This document shows positions 36,919 through 46,744 of a stretch of 64,000 nucleotides of DNA, piece after piece. The stretch comes from Candidatus Moraniibacteriota bacterium (GTDB lineage Bacteria; Patescibacteriota; Minisyncoccia; Moranbacterales; UBA1568): NCBI GenBank assembly GCA_028711705.1, contig JAQTRS010000004.1, positions 9,205 to 73,204 on the forward strand, in the 5' to 3' direction. Made by a program: the position numbers and the translations under genes. The notes below the pieces were generated by a model, which searched no databases, was not told where the DNA came from, and was given only the letters and a program-made list of their open reading frames with translations. Within the stretch, counting starts at the first letter, position 1, and each line of letters opens with the position of its first letter.

Positions 36919-38082
36919 ATGGGTATGAGGAGATCGATTTATTACCTTGTTATCGGCATTCTTATCGCGAGCGGCATCGCCATTTTGATGGTTGTGAAGA
37001 AGGGAGGCGAGGCCCCTCCTTCATCCCCGCAATACATCGCTCCCTCAAAGCAGGAGAGGCCCAAGATAGTGATACGGGGCACCACGTATTTCGTTTCTCC
37101 TTCCGGCGATGACGGAAGGGATGGTCTTTCTCAGGCGTCCGCCTTTTCGACTATCCAGAAAGGAATCGAGACAATGCTGCCCGGAGACGGACTTATATTG
37201 GCCGATGGCACGTATTTTCAGGATTTCATGTCGGTACGTGATGGCACGAAAGAGAGGCCGATCATTATCAAGGGATCAGAGAAGGCGGTGGTGCATGGTT
37301 CCGGGGAAAGGGATAAGATAGCGGAAATTCATCATAGCTATATCGTGCTGAACGGTTTTTCGATAGACGGGCGCGGAGGGGATGGCAGCAAGGAGAAGCA
37401 GTACCGGGATAAGCTGATATATGCCGAAGGGTTCGAAGCGGATCACGGTATCACGGGGCTGAGGATCCTGGATATGCATCTTATGAATGCAGGAGGGGAG
37501 TGCGTGCGGATAAAACATTTTGCCAAGCAGAATGAAATCGCCTACAATACCATCACTCGTTGCGGAGCCTATGATTTCCTGTTCGATGCGGGCGGAAAAA
37601 ACGGCGAGGGTATCTATATCGGGACCGCTCCCGAACAGGTGCAGAAGGGTAAGGATGGCAGCCGCAGCGTCGATGCCTCCGATGACAATTGGATCCATGA
37701 CAATACCATCGATACGCAGGGGAACGAGTGCGTCGATATCAAGGAAGGGTCTTCCGGAAATCTGGTGGAGAACAATTCCTGCACCGGACAAAAAGACAAG
37801 GAGTCCGGCGGGCTGGATAGCCGTGGAAACGGGAATACCTTCAGGAAGAACGAGGTGTTCGGCAGCGCGGGTGCCGGCATACGCCTGGGCGGTGACGGTG
37901 AGGGTGACGGCATGGACAATAGTGTGATCGAGAATTACCTGCATCACAATAGGAATGGCGGCATCAAGATACAGAGCCACCCCCAAAGACAGATCTGCGG
38001 CAATATAATCACGGATAATAAAAAGGATGCCTTGGTCGGCGAATACAGCGAGGATAACGAGAATAAAGCGTCATGCTTATGA
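36919..38082 (+). CDS. membrane-anchored right-handed beta-helix protein (pectate-lyase/PbH1 fold)
   Basis: N-terminal signal-anchor IYYLVIGILIASGIAILMVV. Beta-helix-type repeats with Asn/Gly ladders (NNSCTG, GNGNTFRKNEVFGSAGAGIRLGGDG, NNSVIENYLHHNRNGGIKI). Confidence 0.55.
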   Translation: MGMRRSIYYLVIGILIASGIAILMVVKKGGEAPPSSPQYIAPSKQERPKIVIRGTTYFVSPSGDDGRDGLSQASAFSTIQKGIETMLPGDGLILADGTYFQDFMSVRDGTKERPIIIKGSEKAVVHGSGERDKIAEIHHSYIVLNGFSIDGRGGDGSKEKQYRDKLIYAEGFEADHGITGLRILDMHLMNAGGECVRIKHFAKQNEIAYNTITRCGAYDFLFDAGGKNGEGIYIGTAPEQVQKGKDGSRSVDASDDNWIHDNTIDTQGNECVDIKEGSSGNLVENNSCTGQKDKESGGLDSRGNGNTFRKNEVFGSAGAGIRLGGDGEGDGMDNSVIENYLHHNRNGGIKIQSHPQRQICGNIITDNKKDALVGEYSEDNENKASCL

Positions 38083-38090
38083 GTGTTAAT

Positions 38091-38393
38091 ATGAAAATGA
38101 AAGGACGGTCTTTTGCGGAAAATGTGCGCGATGTCGTGCGGCGTATTCCGCGCGGCCACGTGCTGACCTATGGGCAGGTGGCTAAACTTTCAGGCGCTCC
38201 CGGGGCGGCGCGGGCAGTGGGGACGGTGATGCGGCATAATTTCGATAGGGCGGTGCCCTGCCACCGGGTGGTCAGATCAAGCGGTGAGGTGGGCGAATAT
38301 AATCGGGGTGGAAGCGCGGTAAAAATAAGGATACTGAAGGAAGAAGGTGTTCAATTTGTGACTAAGACAAGGGTAATTGTGGATAAGTCCTAA
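38091..38393 (+). CDS. ogt: methylated-DNA--protein-cysteine methyltransferase DNA-binding domain protein (MGMT/Ogt C-domain only)
   Basis: PCHRVV active-site motif, YGQVA and RAVG helix-turn-helix blocks. About 100 aa. Confidence 0.75.
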   Translation: MKMKGRSFAENVRDVVRRIPRGHVLTYGQVAKLSGAPGAARAVGTVMRHNFDRAVPCHRVVRSSGEVGEYNRGGSAVKIRILKEEGVQFVTKTRVIVDKS

Positions 38394-38474
38394 GCTATTT
38401 GTAAAAGGAGGCACGCTTGATAAGGGTGTGTTTTTGGTGTATGCTCAGGGGACGTAGCGGGCGGATGCGCCCGG

Positions 38475-39677
38475 ATGTTTCAGGCGTCGGTACATGAAAT
38501 AATGATTACAGCTATGAAAAATGATATCCAAAAAGAATCGTTGGCGATACACAAGAAGTTGCGCGGGAAAATCGAAATCACACCGAAGGCGAAACTGACC
38601 AAAAAAAGCCTTGGACTGTTCTATACGCCCGGCGTTGGCGCGGTTTCGACCCACATAGCGGAGCATCCGGAAGCGGCGATGAAGATGACGTTGCGCGGTA
38701 ATACGGTGGCGGTGGTTTCGGATGGATCAGCCGTGCTGGGTTTGGGGAATATCGGGCCGCTGGCTGCGCTCCCGGTCATGGAAGGCAAGGCGATGCTGTT
38801 CAAAACGCTTGCCGGTGTGGACGCTTTTCCGATCGTGCTGAATACGCAGGATCCGGATGCGATCGTGGAGATAGTCAAGGCCCTCGAACCATCTTTCGGT
38901 GCGATCAATCTTGAAGATATCGCCGCCCCGCAGTGTTTTGAGATCGAGCGCCGTTTGCGGGAAGCCCTGAAGATTCCGGTGATGCACGATGATCAGCATG
39001 GCACCGCGATGGTGGTACTTTCAGGGCTTATCAATGCGCTTTTAGTGCGCGGCAGCAAGAAAAATGAGGTGCGCGTCGTAGTCAATGGTGCAGGCGCTGC
39101 CGGAACGGCCATCGTGCAGCTGCTTTTGATGTATGGTTTCGAGCACATCGTGATGGTGGATAGCCAGGGGGCGATTCATAACGGACGAAAAGGCATGAGT
39201 GATGAGAAAAAGCATCTCGCTACGATCACAAATCGATTCTGTCACATAGATGAGGAGCATGTTTTGTGCACGAAGGGGGATTTGCGCGCCGCGTTGTTCG
39301 GTGCGGACGTGTTTATCGGCGTGAGCAAGGGAGGTATTTTGAAGGAGGATATGGTGCGCGCCATGAATCCTGATCCGATCATTTTCGCGCTGGCCAATCC
39401 GGTGCCGGAAATCTATCCGGATGAAGCCAAGAAGGCCGGCGCATTGGTGGTAGCGACCGGGCGATCGGATTTTCCGAATCAGATCAATAATGCGCTCGGT
39501 TTTCCGGGTATTTTCCGTGGGGCGCTTGACCATGGCGTGACCGAAATCACCGATACGATGCTCGTGAGGGCGGCGGAAAAATTAGCCGGCATCATCAAGA
39601 AGCCGACACCGACGATGATTATCCCGAGTCCGTTCGACAAGTCGGTCGTCAAAGCGGTCTCTTCTGCGATACGATAA
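38475..39677 (+). CDS. NAD(P)-dependent malic enzyme (short MaeB/SfcA-type)
   Basis: LGLFYTPGVG, VVSDGSAVLGLGNIGP, GAGAAG NAD(P)-binding motifs. Start may be the internal Met at 38514. Confidence 0.85.
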   Translation: MFQASVHEIMITAMKNDIQKESLAIHKKLRGKIEITPKAKLTKKSLGLFYTPGVGAVSTHIAEHPEAAMKMTLRGNTVAVVSDGSAVLGLGNIGPLAALPVMEGKAMLFKTLAGVDAFPIVLNTQDPDAIVEIVKALEPSFGAINLEDIAAPQCFEIERRLREALKIPVMHDDQHGTAMVVLSGLINALLVRGSKKNEVRVVVNGAGAAGTAIVQLLLMYGFEHIVMVDSQGAIHNGRKGMSDEKKHLATITNRFCHIDEEHVLCTKGDLRAALFGADVFIGVSKGGILKEDMVRAMNPDPIIFALANPVPEIYPDEAKKAGALVVATGRSDFPNQINNALGFPGIFRGALDHGVTEITDTMLVRAAEKLAGIIKKPTPTMIIPSPFDKSVVKAVSSAIR

Positions 39678-39731
39678 ACGAAGCGAAGGTAGTGGGCGGA
39701 TATTGAGTTCGGAATTTTTAAGAATATCGAT

Positions 39732-41060
39732 ATGAAAAAAGAATTCATTCTTTTCGGGGCGAGCGGGGATCTGGCACGGCAAAAACTCTATCCGGCACTG
39801 TTTCACCTGTTCGGTATGGGCGAGTCGATGCGGTATGTCGGCTTCGCTCGGAGCGAACTGACCGCGGTGCAGTTTTACGATATCGTGAGAGCATCCGTTC
39901 TGGCGACGGATGTGGAGGTGAGCCCTGCCAAACTCGATGCGTTCGTGTCGGCCTGGACCTATGTTTCGGGCACCTATGACGCTTCGGGTATCGGGCAGAT
40001 CGCGCAGGTCGAAGGGGATGCCGATTCGATCGAGCGGTTTTTCTATCTTTCCATCCCGTCCGGTGTCGGGCTCATTATGTCTGTCGTACGCGGGCTCAAG
40101 GAGCACAATCTTATCAATGCGCGGTCGGCGATCGTTTTGGAAAAGCCGTTCGGCCTCGATTATGCGTCGGCGAAAAATATCAACAGCTTCTTATTGGAAC
40201 ACTTCACCGAGGAACAGATATTCCGTATCGATCACTATCTGGCCAAGGATCTGGTGCAGGATCTTTTGGCGCTGCGTTTTGCCAATCCGATCTTCGAGCC
40301 CGTATGGAACGGCAAGTACATCGACCGCATGACGATCGAGATCAAGGAAACGGAAGGCATCCGCAATCGCGGACAGTACTATGATCAGTCGGGAGCGATG
40401 CGTGATATGATACAAAACCATGCTTTGCAATTGCTGGCGTTTTCGGTGATGAATCAGCCGAAAAATATTTCCGCGGAAAGCATCCACAGGGAAAAGATAG
40501 CCGTCTTGGAAAAGATACGATTGTGGGATGACGGGAAAAATGCCATATCGATCGGCCAGTATGTAGGGTATCGGAACGAGCCGTATGTCGCCCCGTTATC
40601 GCAGACGGAAACGAAGGCATCGCTGACGGTGTGCATCGATACGCCTGCGTGGCGCACGGTACCGATTACGATCACATCGGGAAAGAAGATGGACAAGAAG
40701 ACGACCGACATCACGATCTATTTTAAAAAACGTCCGCACAGCATGTGGGACGAAAGCGGTTGCTCTTTGGATCAGAACGTTATCCGGGTCAATGTGGCGC
40801 CGGACAATGACATCCGTCTCACGCTCAATTCCGAGTTCGATTTGCAGAAAAAATGCGCTTTCCCGACCGAGCTCCGTTTCGGATTCCGAGATAATGCATT
40901 CATTCTCAATGAGCCGTATGAGAATGCGCTGCGGGATCTATTCGCCAAAGACCAATCCATTTTTATCAACTCCAAAGAGATCGCGCTGTCATGGAAATTC
41001 ATCGACAATGTTCTCGAGCGTATCGCCCTGCTTCGGGCGGAGATACTGGAGACATATTGA
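39732..41060 (+). CDS. zwf: glucose-6-phosphate 1-dehydrogenase
   Basis: N-terminal GASGDLARQKL NADP-binding. RIDHYLAKDLVQD active-site motif. 442 aa. Confidence 0.9.
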   Translation: MKKEFILFGASGDLARQKLYPALFHLFGMGESMRYVGFARSELTAVQFYDIVRASVLATDVEVSPAKLDAFVSAWTYVSGTYDASGIGQIAQVEGDADSIERFFYLSIPSGVGLIMSVVRGLKEHNLINARSAIVLEKPFGLDYASAKNINSFLLEHFTEEQIFRIDHYLAKDLVQDLLALRFANPIFEPVWNGKYIDRMTIEIKETEGIRNRGQYYDQSGAMRDMIQNHALQLLAFSVMNQPKNISAESIHREKIAVLEKIRLWDDGKNAISIGQYVGYRNEPYVAPLSQTETKASLTVCIDTPAWRTVPITITSGKKMDKKTTDITIYFKKRPHSMWDESGCSLDQNVIRVNVAPDNDIRLTLNSEFDLQKKCAFPTELRFGFRDNAFILNEPYENALRDLFAKDQSIFINSKEIALSWKFIDNVLERIALLRAEILETY

Positions 41061-41075
41061 AACGGATACTGATTT

Positions 41076-41849
41076 TTATCGTGCCAAGACGACGCCGAAG
41101 ACTTTTTTGGCGCCGTTTTGTTTGAGAATGCGAGCGCATTCATTGAGGGTGGAGGCGGTGGTGGCGACATCGTCGATAAGCCAGATATATTTATTTTGGA
41201 TATCTTGATCTGTTTCGGATAAGGATGATTTCCATGCGAAGGCATCGAGGATATTCTGATTCCGTTCACGCGTATCGCGGATGCTCATCTGCGGCATTGT
41301 AAACCGAGAGCGGACCAATCCGTTCGTAAGAGGGATGGGAATCTGTGGGACGAGTTTTTCGCTCAGTTCTTGTGCGAGCAGTTCGGATTGGTTGAAGCCT
41401 CGCCACCTGAGGCGCAAGGGATGGAGCGGAACGGGACAGAGCATATCAGGGAGGGGGATTTCCGATGCCGTGACGGATTGCAACAGAAGCCTTCCAAGCG
41501 GATGGCTCAGCGTGGGAATGAAGCGATATTTATAGAGGTGTATGGCCTTGGAAAGGAGCAGGTGCTTATATGAGGACGCGACCAGGAGTCCATCGAGCGA
41601 GGATCGCCCGAGACATTCCAGACACACCTGGCCTTGCAAGGTGTTGCGCTTTTCGCAGACGGGACAGACCTGATCGATGCGGATCGGAATATGCGCCAGG
41701 CAGGTATCGCACAGGAATGTTTTCGGCTGTTTGCAACCGACGCATGCGATAGGGAAGACGATATCGAGAATCGTGGTTTTGATTGTGGCAGAGAGGCTCA
41801 TGAAACCATTGTACCCGATTGATAGGAATGTGCCAGGGAAGGGCAGCAC
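41076..41849 (-). CDS. comF: ComF family protein (phosphoribosyltransferase domain with N-terminal zinc ribbon)
   Basis: CxxC...CxxC N-terminal. C-terminal PRTase motif YIWLIDDVATTASTL. Confidence 0.75.
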   Translation of the reverse strand: MLPFPGTFLSIGYNGFMSLSATIKTTILDIVFPIACVGCKQPKTFLCDTCLAHIPIRIDQVCPVCEKRNTLQGQVCLECLGRSSLDGLLVASSYKHLLLSKAIHLYKYRFIPTLSHPLGRLLLQSVTASEIPLPDMLCPVPLHPLRLRWRGFNQSELLAQELSEKLVPQIPIPLTNGLVRSRFTMPQMSIRDTRERNQNILDAFAWKSSLSETDQDIQNKYIWLIDDVATTASTLNECARILKQNGAKKVFGVVLAR

Positions 41850-41873
41850 CTTTTTGTTCAGGCGACAGACGCT

Positions 41874-44378
41874 CTATTTCACCACAACACTCCCTTTCAC
41901 GACAGCGAGCGTGATAATTTTCGCAGCAGGATCGGAAAGTAATGTTTCAGCGATGATATTTTCGATAAGGTCCTGGATATTCCTGCGAACCAAACGGGCA
42001 CCCTGTTCCGGGGTGAAGCTTTTTTCGGTGATGAAGTCGATGAGATCTTTTTTGTAGCGGAGCGCGACGGATTGCTGGGCAAGGCGGACTTTGAGGGCAT
42101 GCAGCTCGAGCTCGACGATCTTTTTCATGCTCGCCTTATCGAGCGGCTGAAAGACAATGACGTGATCGAGGCGATTGAGGAGTTCGGGACGTATTTGGCG
42201 CTTGAGTTCTCCCAGGACATCTTTTCGTATGGTTTCGAATTGCGCCTGTATCGCTTGCTGCGGCAGGTGGTCATGGAATCCGATGCGGGCCGTCTGTGTG
42301 AAAGCCTGCGTGCCGATATTGGATGTCAGGATGATGATGGTATTGCGGAAACTCACCTTCCGCCCTTCAGCATCGGTAAGCATGCCCTCGTCGAGGATTT
42401 GGAGGAGGATATTGAAGACGTCTGGATGCGCCTTCTCGATCTCATCGAAGAGGATGACGCTGTACGGTTTACGGCGCACTTTCTCGGTAAGCTTGCCGCC
42501 CTCGCCATAGCCGATATAGCCGGCGGGCGCGCCGATGATCTGCGCGATGCTGTGGCGTTCGACGAACTCGCTCATATCCAGGCGGATGAGGGACTGTTTG
42601 TCCTCGAAGAGCGTTTCGGAAAGTATCTTGGCCGCCAAGGTCTTGCCGACGCCGCTCGGGCCGAGGAAGAGGAAGGAACCGAGCGGTCGGTCAGGATGGC
42701 TCACGCCGCTGAAGGAGCGCAGCAGCGTCTTGGAAAGTTTCTGCACGACTTCAGGTTGGCCGACGATGTTCTCGCGCAGGCCCTTTTCCAGATTGGCGAT
42801 CTTTTCCTGCTGTTGCGAGAGGATCTTGTTGAGTGGGATATGCGTTATCTGAGCGACGATCTTGGCGACGTCGGCGGCCTGTACGACGATAGCGGATTGT
42901 TTTTCTATCTTCCTATGCTTCGCCTTGAGTTGTTTGATTTTCTCGCCCAGCTTCTTTATGGAAATCTGCAGATCGACCGCTTCCTCGAATTTATCGTGAC
43001 GGACAAGCTCTTCTTTGAGCTCCATCCGGTCCCGTTTATCCTGCTCCAACTGATGGATGGTTTTCAGTAGCGGGCTGATCGGTTTTTTCTGACGGAGGGC
43101 CGATGCGGTTTCGTCGATCAGATCGAAGGCTTTGTCGGGGAGGAAACGGTCGGGTATGAAGCGGATGGAAAAGTCCACCGCAGCCGCGATGGCTTCGGGT
43201 GTGATGATGGTATTATGATAGCGCTCATACATCGATTTGCTTTCCTCTAGGATATGCTTGGCTTCCTGCGCGGTCGGTTCGGCGATGACGATGGACTGAA
43301 AACGCCGTTCGAAGGCCGGGTCTTTTTCGATATGCTTCTTGTATTCGGCGAAGGTGGTCGCTCCGATGCATTGGATATCGCCGCGCGAGAGGGCGGGCTT
43401 GAGGATATTGGCCGCATCGAGTCCGCCGGAGGTGTTGCCCGCACCGACGATCATATGGATCTCATCGATGAAGAGGATAATTTCGGGATTTTCCGTCGCT
43501 TCATAGAGGATTTCTTTGAGGCGTGCTTCGAATTCGCCCCGGAAGCTGGTACCGGCGACGATGAGCGGAAGATCGATGGCGATGATGCGCTTATGGAGGA
43601 ATTGATTGCCCGCATTACCGGAGAGCATCTTTTTGGCGAGGGCGCTGACAAGCGTGGTCTTGCCGACGCCGGGCTCGCCGATGAGGATGGGATTGTTCTT
43701 GTTGCGGCGTCCGAGCACCTGTATCATGCGCTCGATTTCGGTTGTCCTTCCGGTGATGATGTCGGGACTGTGCATGGCTTCCTTGGTGAGGTCGATGCCG
43801 TATTGGTCGAGGAAGGGGGTTTCCGAGGATTGCTTGGTCTGCTTGGTCGTTTTGGCAAGGCCGATGCTGGGCAGGTTGAAAATCTTGGAAAGATTGGGGA
43901 TGTCCGAAGTGTTGACATGGGACTTGAGCATCGATTGCATGTCTTTTTTCTTGGTTTCCATGGAGGCCAAAAGCTCCAAGATATCCGGATCGGTCGATTC
44001 GATGATGGCATAGACAAGGTGCTCGCTTCCGACATACGGATAGGCGAATTGACTGGCGATGGCATAGGCCCTCGTGATGATATTTTTGGTCGCCTCAGAA
44101 AAAGTAATTTCTTTCGCTGGCGCCACTTTTTTGGATGTTTTGGCCGGTGCGGTCTTCGCTCTTTTTTTGGGCAGGCAGAACTTGGTGAGTATCTTGTTCG
44201 TGAATCCCATATTTTCCAAAAGAACGCTCCCGAGACTGCCTTTTTCGCTGTGCACCGAAAAGAGCAGGTGCTTGGGCTTGATTGTGCTGTCACCGCAAAA
44301 CGAAGCGATATCGCCGGCTTCCTTGATGCTGTGCCGGGCATGGAAGGTGAGTTTTCGAGATATTTTTGATTCGAGCAT
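41874..44378 (-). CDS. clpC: ATP-dependent Clp protease ATP-binding subunit (ClpC-type AAA+ chaperone with two NBDs)
   Basis: Clp_N repeats. NBD1 Walker A GEPGVGKT. Middle coiled-coil region. NBD2 Walker A GPSGVGKT. Sensor-2 GAR. 834 aa. Confidence 0.9.
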   Translation of the reverse strand: MLESKISRKLTFHARHSIKEAGDIASFCGDSTIKPKHLLFSVHSEKGSLGSVLLENMGFTNKILTKFCLPKKRAKTAPAKTSKKVAPAKEITFSEATKNIITRAYAIASQFAYPYVGSEHLVYAIIESTDPDILELLASMETKKKDMQSMLKSHVNTSDIPNLSKIFNLPSIGLAKTTKQTKQSSETPFLDQYGIDLTKEAMHSPDIITGRTTEIERMIQVLGRRNKNNPILIGEPGVGKTTLVSALAKKMLSGNAGNQFLHKRIIAIDLPLIVAGTSFRGEFEARLKEILYEATENPEIILFIDEIHMIVGAGNTSGGLDAANILKPALSRGDIQCIGATTFAEYKKHIEKDPAFERRFQSIVIAEPTAQEAKHILEESKSMYERYHNTIITPEAIAAAVDFSIRFIPDRFLPDKAFDLIDETASALRQKKPISPLLKTIHQLEQDKRDRMELKEELVRHDKFEEAVDLQISIKKLGEKIKQLKAKHRKIEKQSAIVVQAADVAKIVAQITHIPLNKILSQQQEKIANLEKGLRENIVGQPEVVQKLSKTLLRSFSGVSHPDRPLGSFLFLGPSGVGKTLAAKILSETLFEDKQSLIRLDMSEFVERHSIAQIIGAPAGYIGYGEGGKLTEKVRRKPYSVILFDEIEKAHPDVFNILLQILDEGMLTDAEGRKVSFRNTIIILTSNIGTQAFTQTARIGFHDHLPQQAIQAQFETIRKDVLGELKRQIRPELLNRLDHVIVFQPLDKASMKKIVELELHALKVRLAQQSVALRYKKDLIDFITEKSFTPEQGARLVRRNIQDLIENIIAETLLSDPAAKIITLAVVKGSVVVK

Positions 44379-44638
44379 ACAATTGCGGATAGATCATATT
44401 GAGTATCCTCTATTGTATTTTTAAAGCGGTAAAATGTCAATTTTTGAGGGAGGGCATCGAAGAGGAATTTCCCTCGAAAGAGGCGGTAAAACAAGATTAT
44501 CGATTGACAGGCTTGTGAGTTTCAGCTAGAATAGGTAAGTCAGTTTGGGGATAGGAACGGGCCTAATTCACTCGCGAGAAATGCTTTTGAGAGAGGTCGC
44601 TCTGGAAAAAGTATCCCTTGTTGATGTATACTACCTCT

Positions 44639-44866
44639 ATGAAACATATTGTCGTTTTTCAAGTTATCGTCGCTATTTTATTAACCGTGTCCATTCTCCT
44701 GCAGAGCAGGGGGACAGGGCTTGGGGCCGGCTTTGGCGGTGATGGCGGAAGCTATTATTCCAAGCGCGGTTTCGAAAGGTTCCTTCTGTGGGGCTCGGTG
44801 GTTTTGACAGTGCTTTTCATCGTCTTGTCAGGAATCAATGTCTTCGTGGCGCAGGGTATGCAGTAA
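44639..44866 (+). CDS. secG: preprotein translocase subunit SecG
   Basis: Two TM helices separated by a GxGxGFGG Gly-rich loop (GTGLGAGFGGDGGS). About 75 aa. TTGACA-N17-TAGAAT promoter upstream. Confidence 0.8.
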   Translation: MKHIVVFQVIVAILLTVSILLQSRGTGLGAGFGGDGGSYYSKRGFERFLLWGSVVLTVLFIVLSGINVFVAQGMQ

Positions 44867-45032
44867 TGCTTCATTCTTCGCCTGTGACCGCCTTTCGCGA
44901 AGTCATAGACTCTATTATGCATAACCGCGCAGAAGTGGCGGAAGAGATACGGGTTATGCCTATGATAATTTGTAATGCAAACATATTTTTACTCAAGAAC
45001 GATTTCAATGGCTTTCGTATAGGAAATGGGTA

Positions 45033-46688
45033 TTGTTCGTCCATACGCTCGGCTTCAAGGAAAAACTGTTGGTGTTCGCACTGACCGCGTTCGGCGTCGG
45101 TGCCTTGCTGTTTTGGCTGGGTGCTATCTATATGTCTGTCACAAAACCTCTGCCGGCTTCTGGCGGCACCTATACCGAAGGTGTCGTGGGTCAGCCATCC
45201 TATATAAACCCCTTGCTGTCGCAGACGAGCGAGGCGGATGCTGATATCGCGAATATCATCTATAGCGGTCTTTTTTCGTATGATACGCAGGGCCAATTGA
45301 AGCCCAATCTTGCCGATCATTACGAGGTTTCCGAAGATGGTATGACCTATACGGTCACGCTGAAGGACAATGTGAAATGGCATGATGGACAGACGCTGAA
45401 CGCGGAGGATGTCGCCTTCACCTTCAATATCGTGAAGGACCCGGCATACAAGAGCCCGCTTCGCCAGAATTGGCAGGGCGTGGATGTGGTGGCTGATGGC
45501 GATAAGACGCTGGTATTTACCCTCAAAAAACCATACTTCGGATTTTTGGAGAATCTAACCGTGGGTATCTTGCCCAAGCATATCTGGGAAAATATCGCGC
45601 CGGAGAAATTCCCGTTGGCGGAATACAATCTTTCGCCGGTCGGATCCGGGCCGTATCAGTTCTATGATTTCAAAAAAGATTCCAATGGGAATATCCTGAC
45701 CTATGAGGTCCGCGCCTTTCCCGAGTATTTCGACAAGGTCCCCTATATTTCGAAAGTCATTTTTCATTTCTATATAGACGGGGATGAGATGGTGGACGCG
45801 TATAATCGCCGGGAGGTGATGGGCGTAAGCAATGTCGTCGCGGAACAGGAAGCCCGCCTGCAGGATCGCAAGAGCACGCGTATCGCGGAGCTGCATCAGC
45901 CGCGTCTCTTCGCCGTGTTTTTCAACGGCATAAAGAGCGTCGCCTTGGCGCACAAGGAAGTCCGTCAGGCGCTCGCCTATGGCACCAATCGTCAGGAAAT
46001 CATCGATCAGGTTCTGGCCGGCTACGGCGATCCGCTCTCGTCACCGTTCCTCGCTCAGATGAAGGGCTTCTCTTCCGATGAAAGCGTGGATATATTTGAC
46101 AAGGACAGGGCCGCATCCATCTTGGAGAATAATGGTTGGGTGATGAAGGATGGCGTGCGCGAGAAAGGCGGGTCGCAGTTGTCCTTTACCCTGACAACGC
46201 CCGATTGGCCCGAATTGGTCAAGACAGCAGATATACTGCGCAAGCAATGGGAGGACTTGGGGGCCAAGGTGGATGTAAGGGTCTTGAGCGTTTCCGATCT
46301 TCAGCAAAACGTCTTGCGTCCGCGCGAATACGACGCACTGCTTTTCGGTGAGGCGACCAGCTTCAATTCTGATCCGTATTCTTTCTGGCACTCCAGTCAG
46401 AAGCATGATCCGGGGCTCAACCTCTCCTTGTTTGATAACAAGGACGCGGATGACCTTCTGGCAACCGCCCGCGAAACGCTGGGCGACGACGAGCGCCTGC
46501 AGAAGTATAAGCAGTTCCGTGATATTTTGACAGAAGAAATGCCCGCCGTTTTCCTATACAGCCCATCCTATCTGTATGTCGTGAATTCGCAGGTGCAGGG
46601 TATCGACGTGGAAAGCATCAATATGCCCAGCGCCCGCCTTCAGAATATGCCGCAGTGGTTCATCAAGACCGACCGGGTCTTGAAATAG
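45033..46688 (+). CDS. ABC transporter substrate-binding protein, family 5 (peptide/nickel OppA/DppA-like), membrane-anchored
   Basis: N-terminal TM anchor. SBP_bac_5 hallmark blocks (TYTVTLKDNVKWHDGQTLNAEDVAFTF). 551 aa. No cognate permease genes in the window. Confidence 0.8.
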   Translation: MFVHTLGFKEKLLVFALTAFGVGALLFWLGAIYMSVTKPLPASGGTYTEGVVGQPSYINPLLSQTSEADADIANIIYSGLFSYDTQGQLKPNLADHYEVSEDGMTYTVTLKDNVKWHDGQTLNAEDVAFTFNIVKDPAYKSPLRQNWQGVDVVADGDKTLVFTLKKPYFGFLENLTVGILPKHIWENIAPEKFPLAEYNLSPVGSGPYQFYDFKKDSNGNILTYEVRAFPEYFDKVPYISKVIFHFYIDGDEMVDAYNRREVMGVSNVVAEQEARLQDRKSTRIAELHQPRLFAVFFNGIKSVALAHKEVRQALAYGTNRQEIIDQVLAGYGDPLSSPFLAQMKGFSSDESVDIFDKDRAASILENNGWVMKDGVREKGGSQLSFTLTTPDWPELVKTADILRKQWEDLGAKVDVRVLSVSDLQQNVLRPREYDALLFGEATSFNSDPYSFWHSSQKHDPGLNLSLFDNKDADDLLATARETLGDDERLQKYKQFRDILTEEMPAVFLYSPSYLYVVNSQVQGIDVESINMPSARLQNMPQWFIKTDRVLK

Positions 46689-46744
46689 GAGCCTGTATTG
46701 CAAAAAAACGTCCCGAAACCTCGGGACGTTTTTTGATAGCGGAT

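Noticed and set aside
42072-44369. Two long plus-strand ORFs (332 aa and 371 aa) inside clpC
   Set aside because: Antisense to an unmistakable ClpC gene with Walker motifs. Asp/Glu/Gly/Leu-rich shadow translation.
44379-44520. CtsR operator upstream of clpC
   Set aside because: No GGTCAAANANGGTCAAA-type direct repeat (on either strand) was found in the clpC upstream region.
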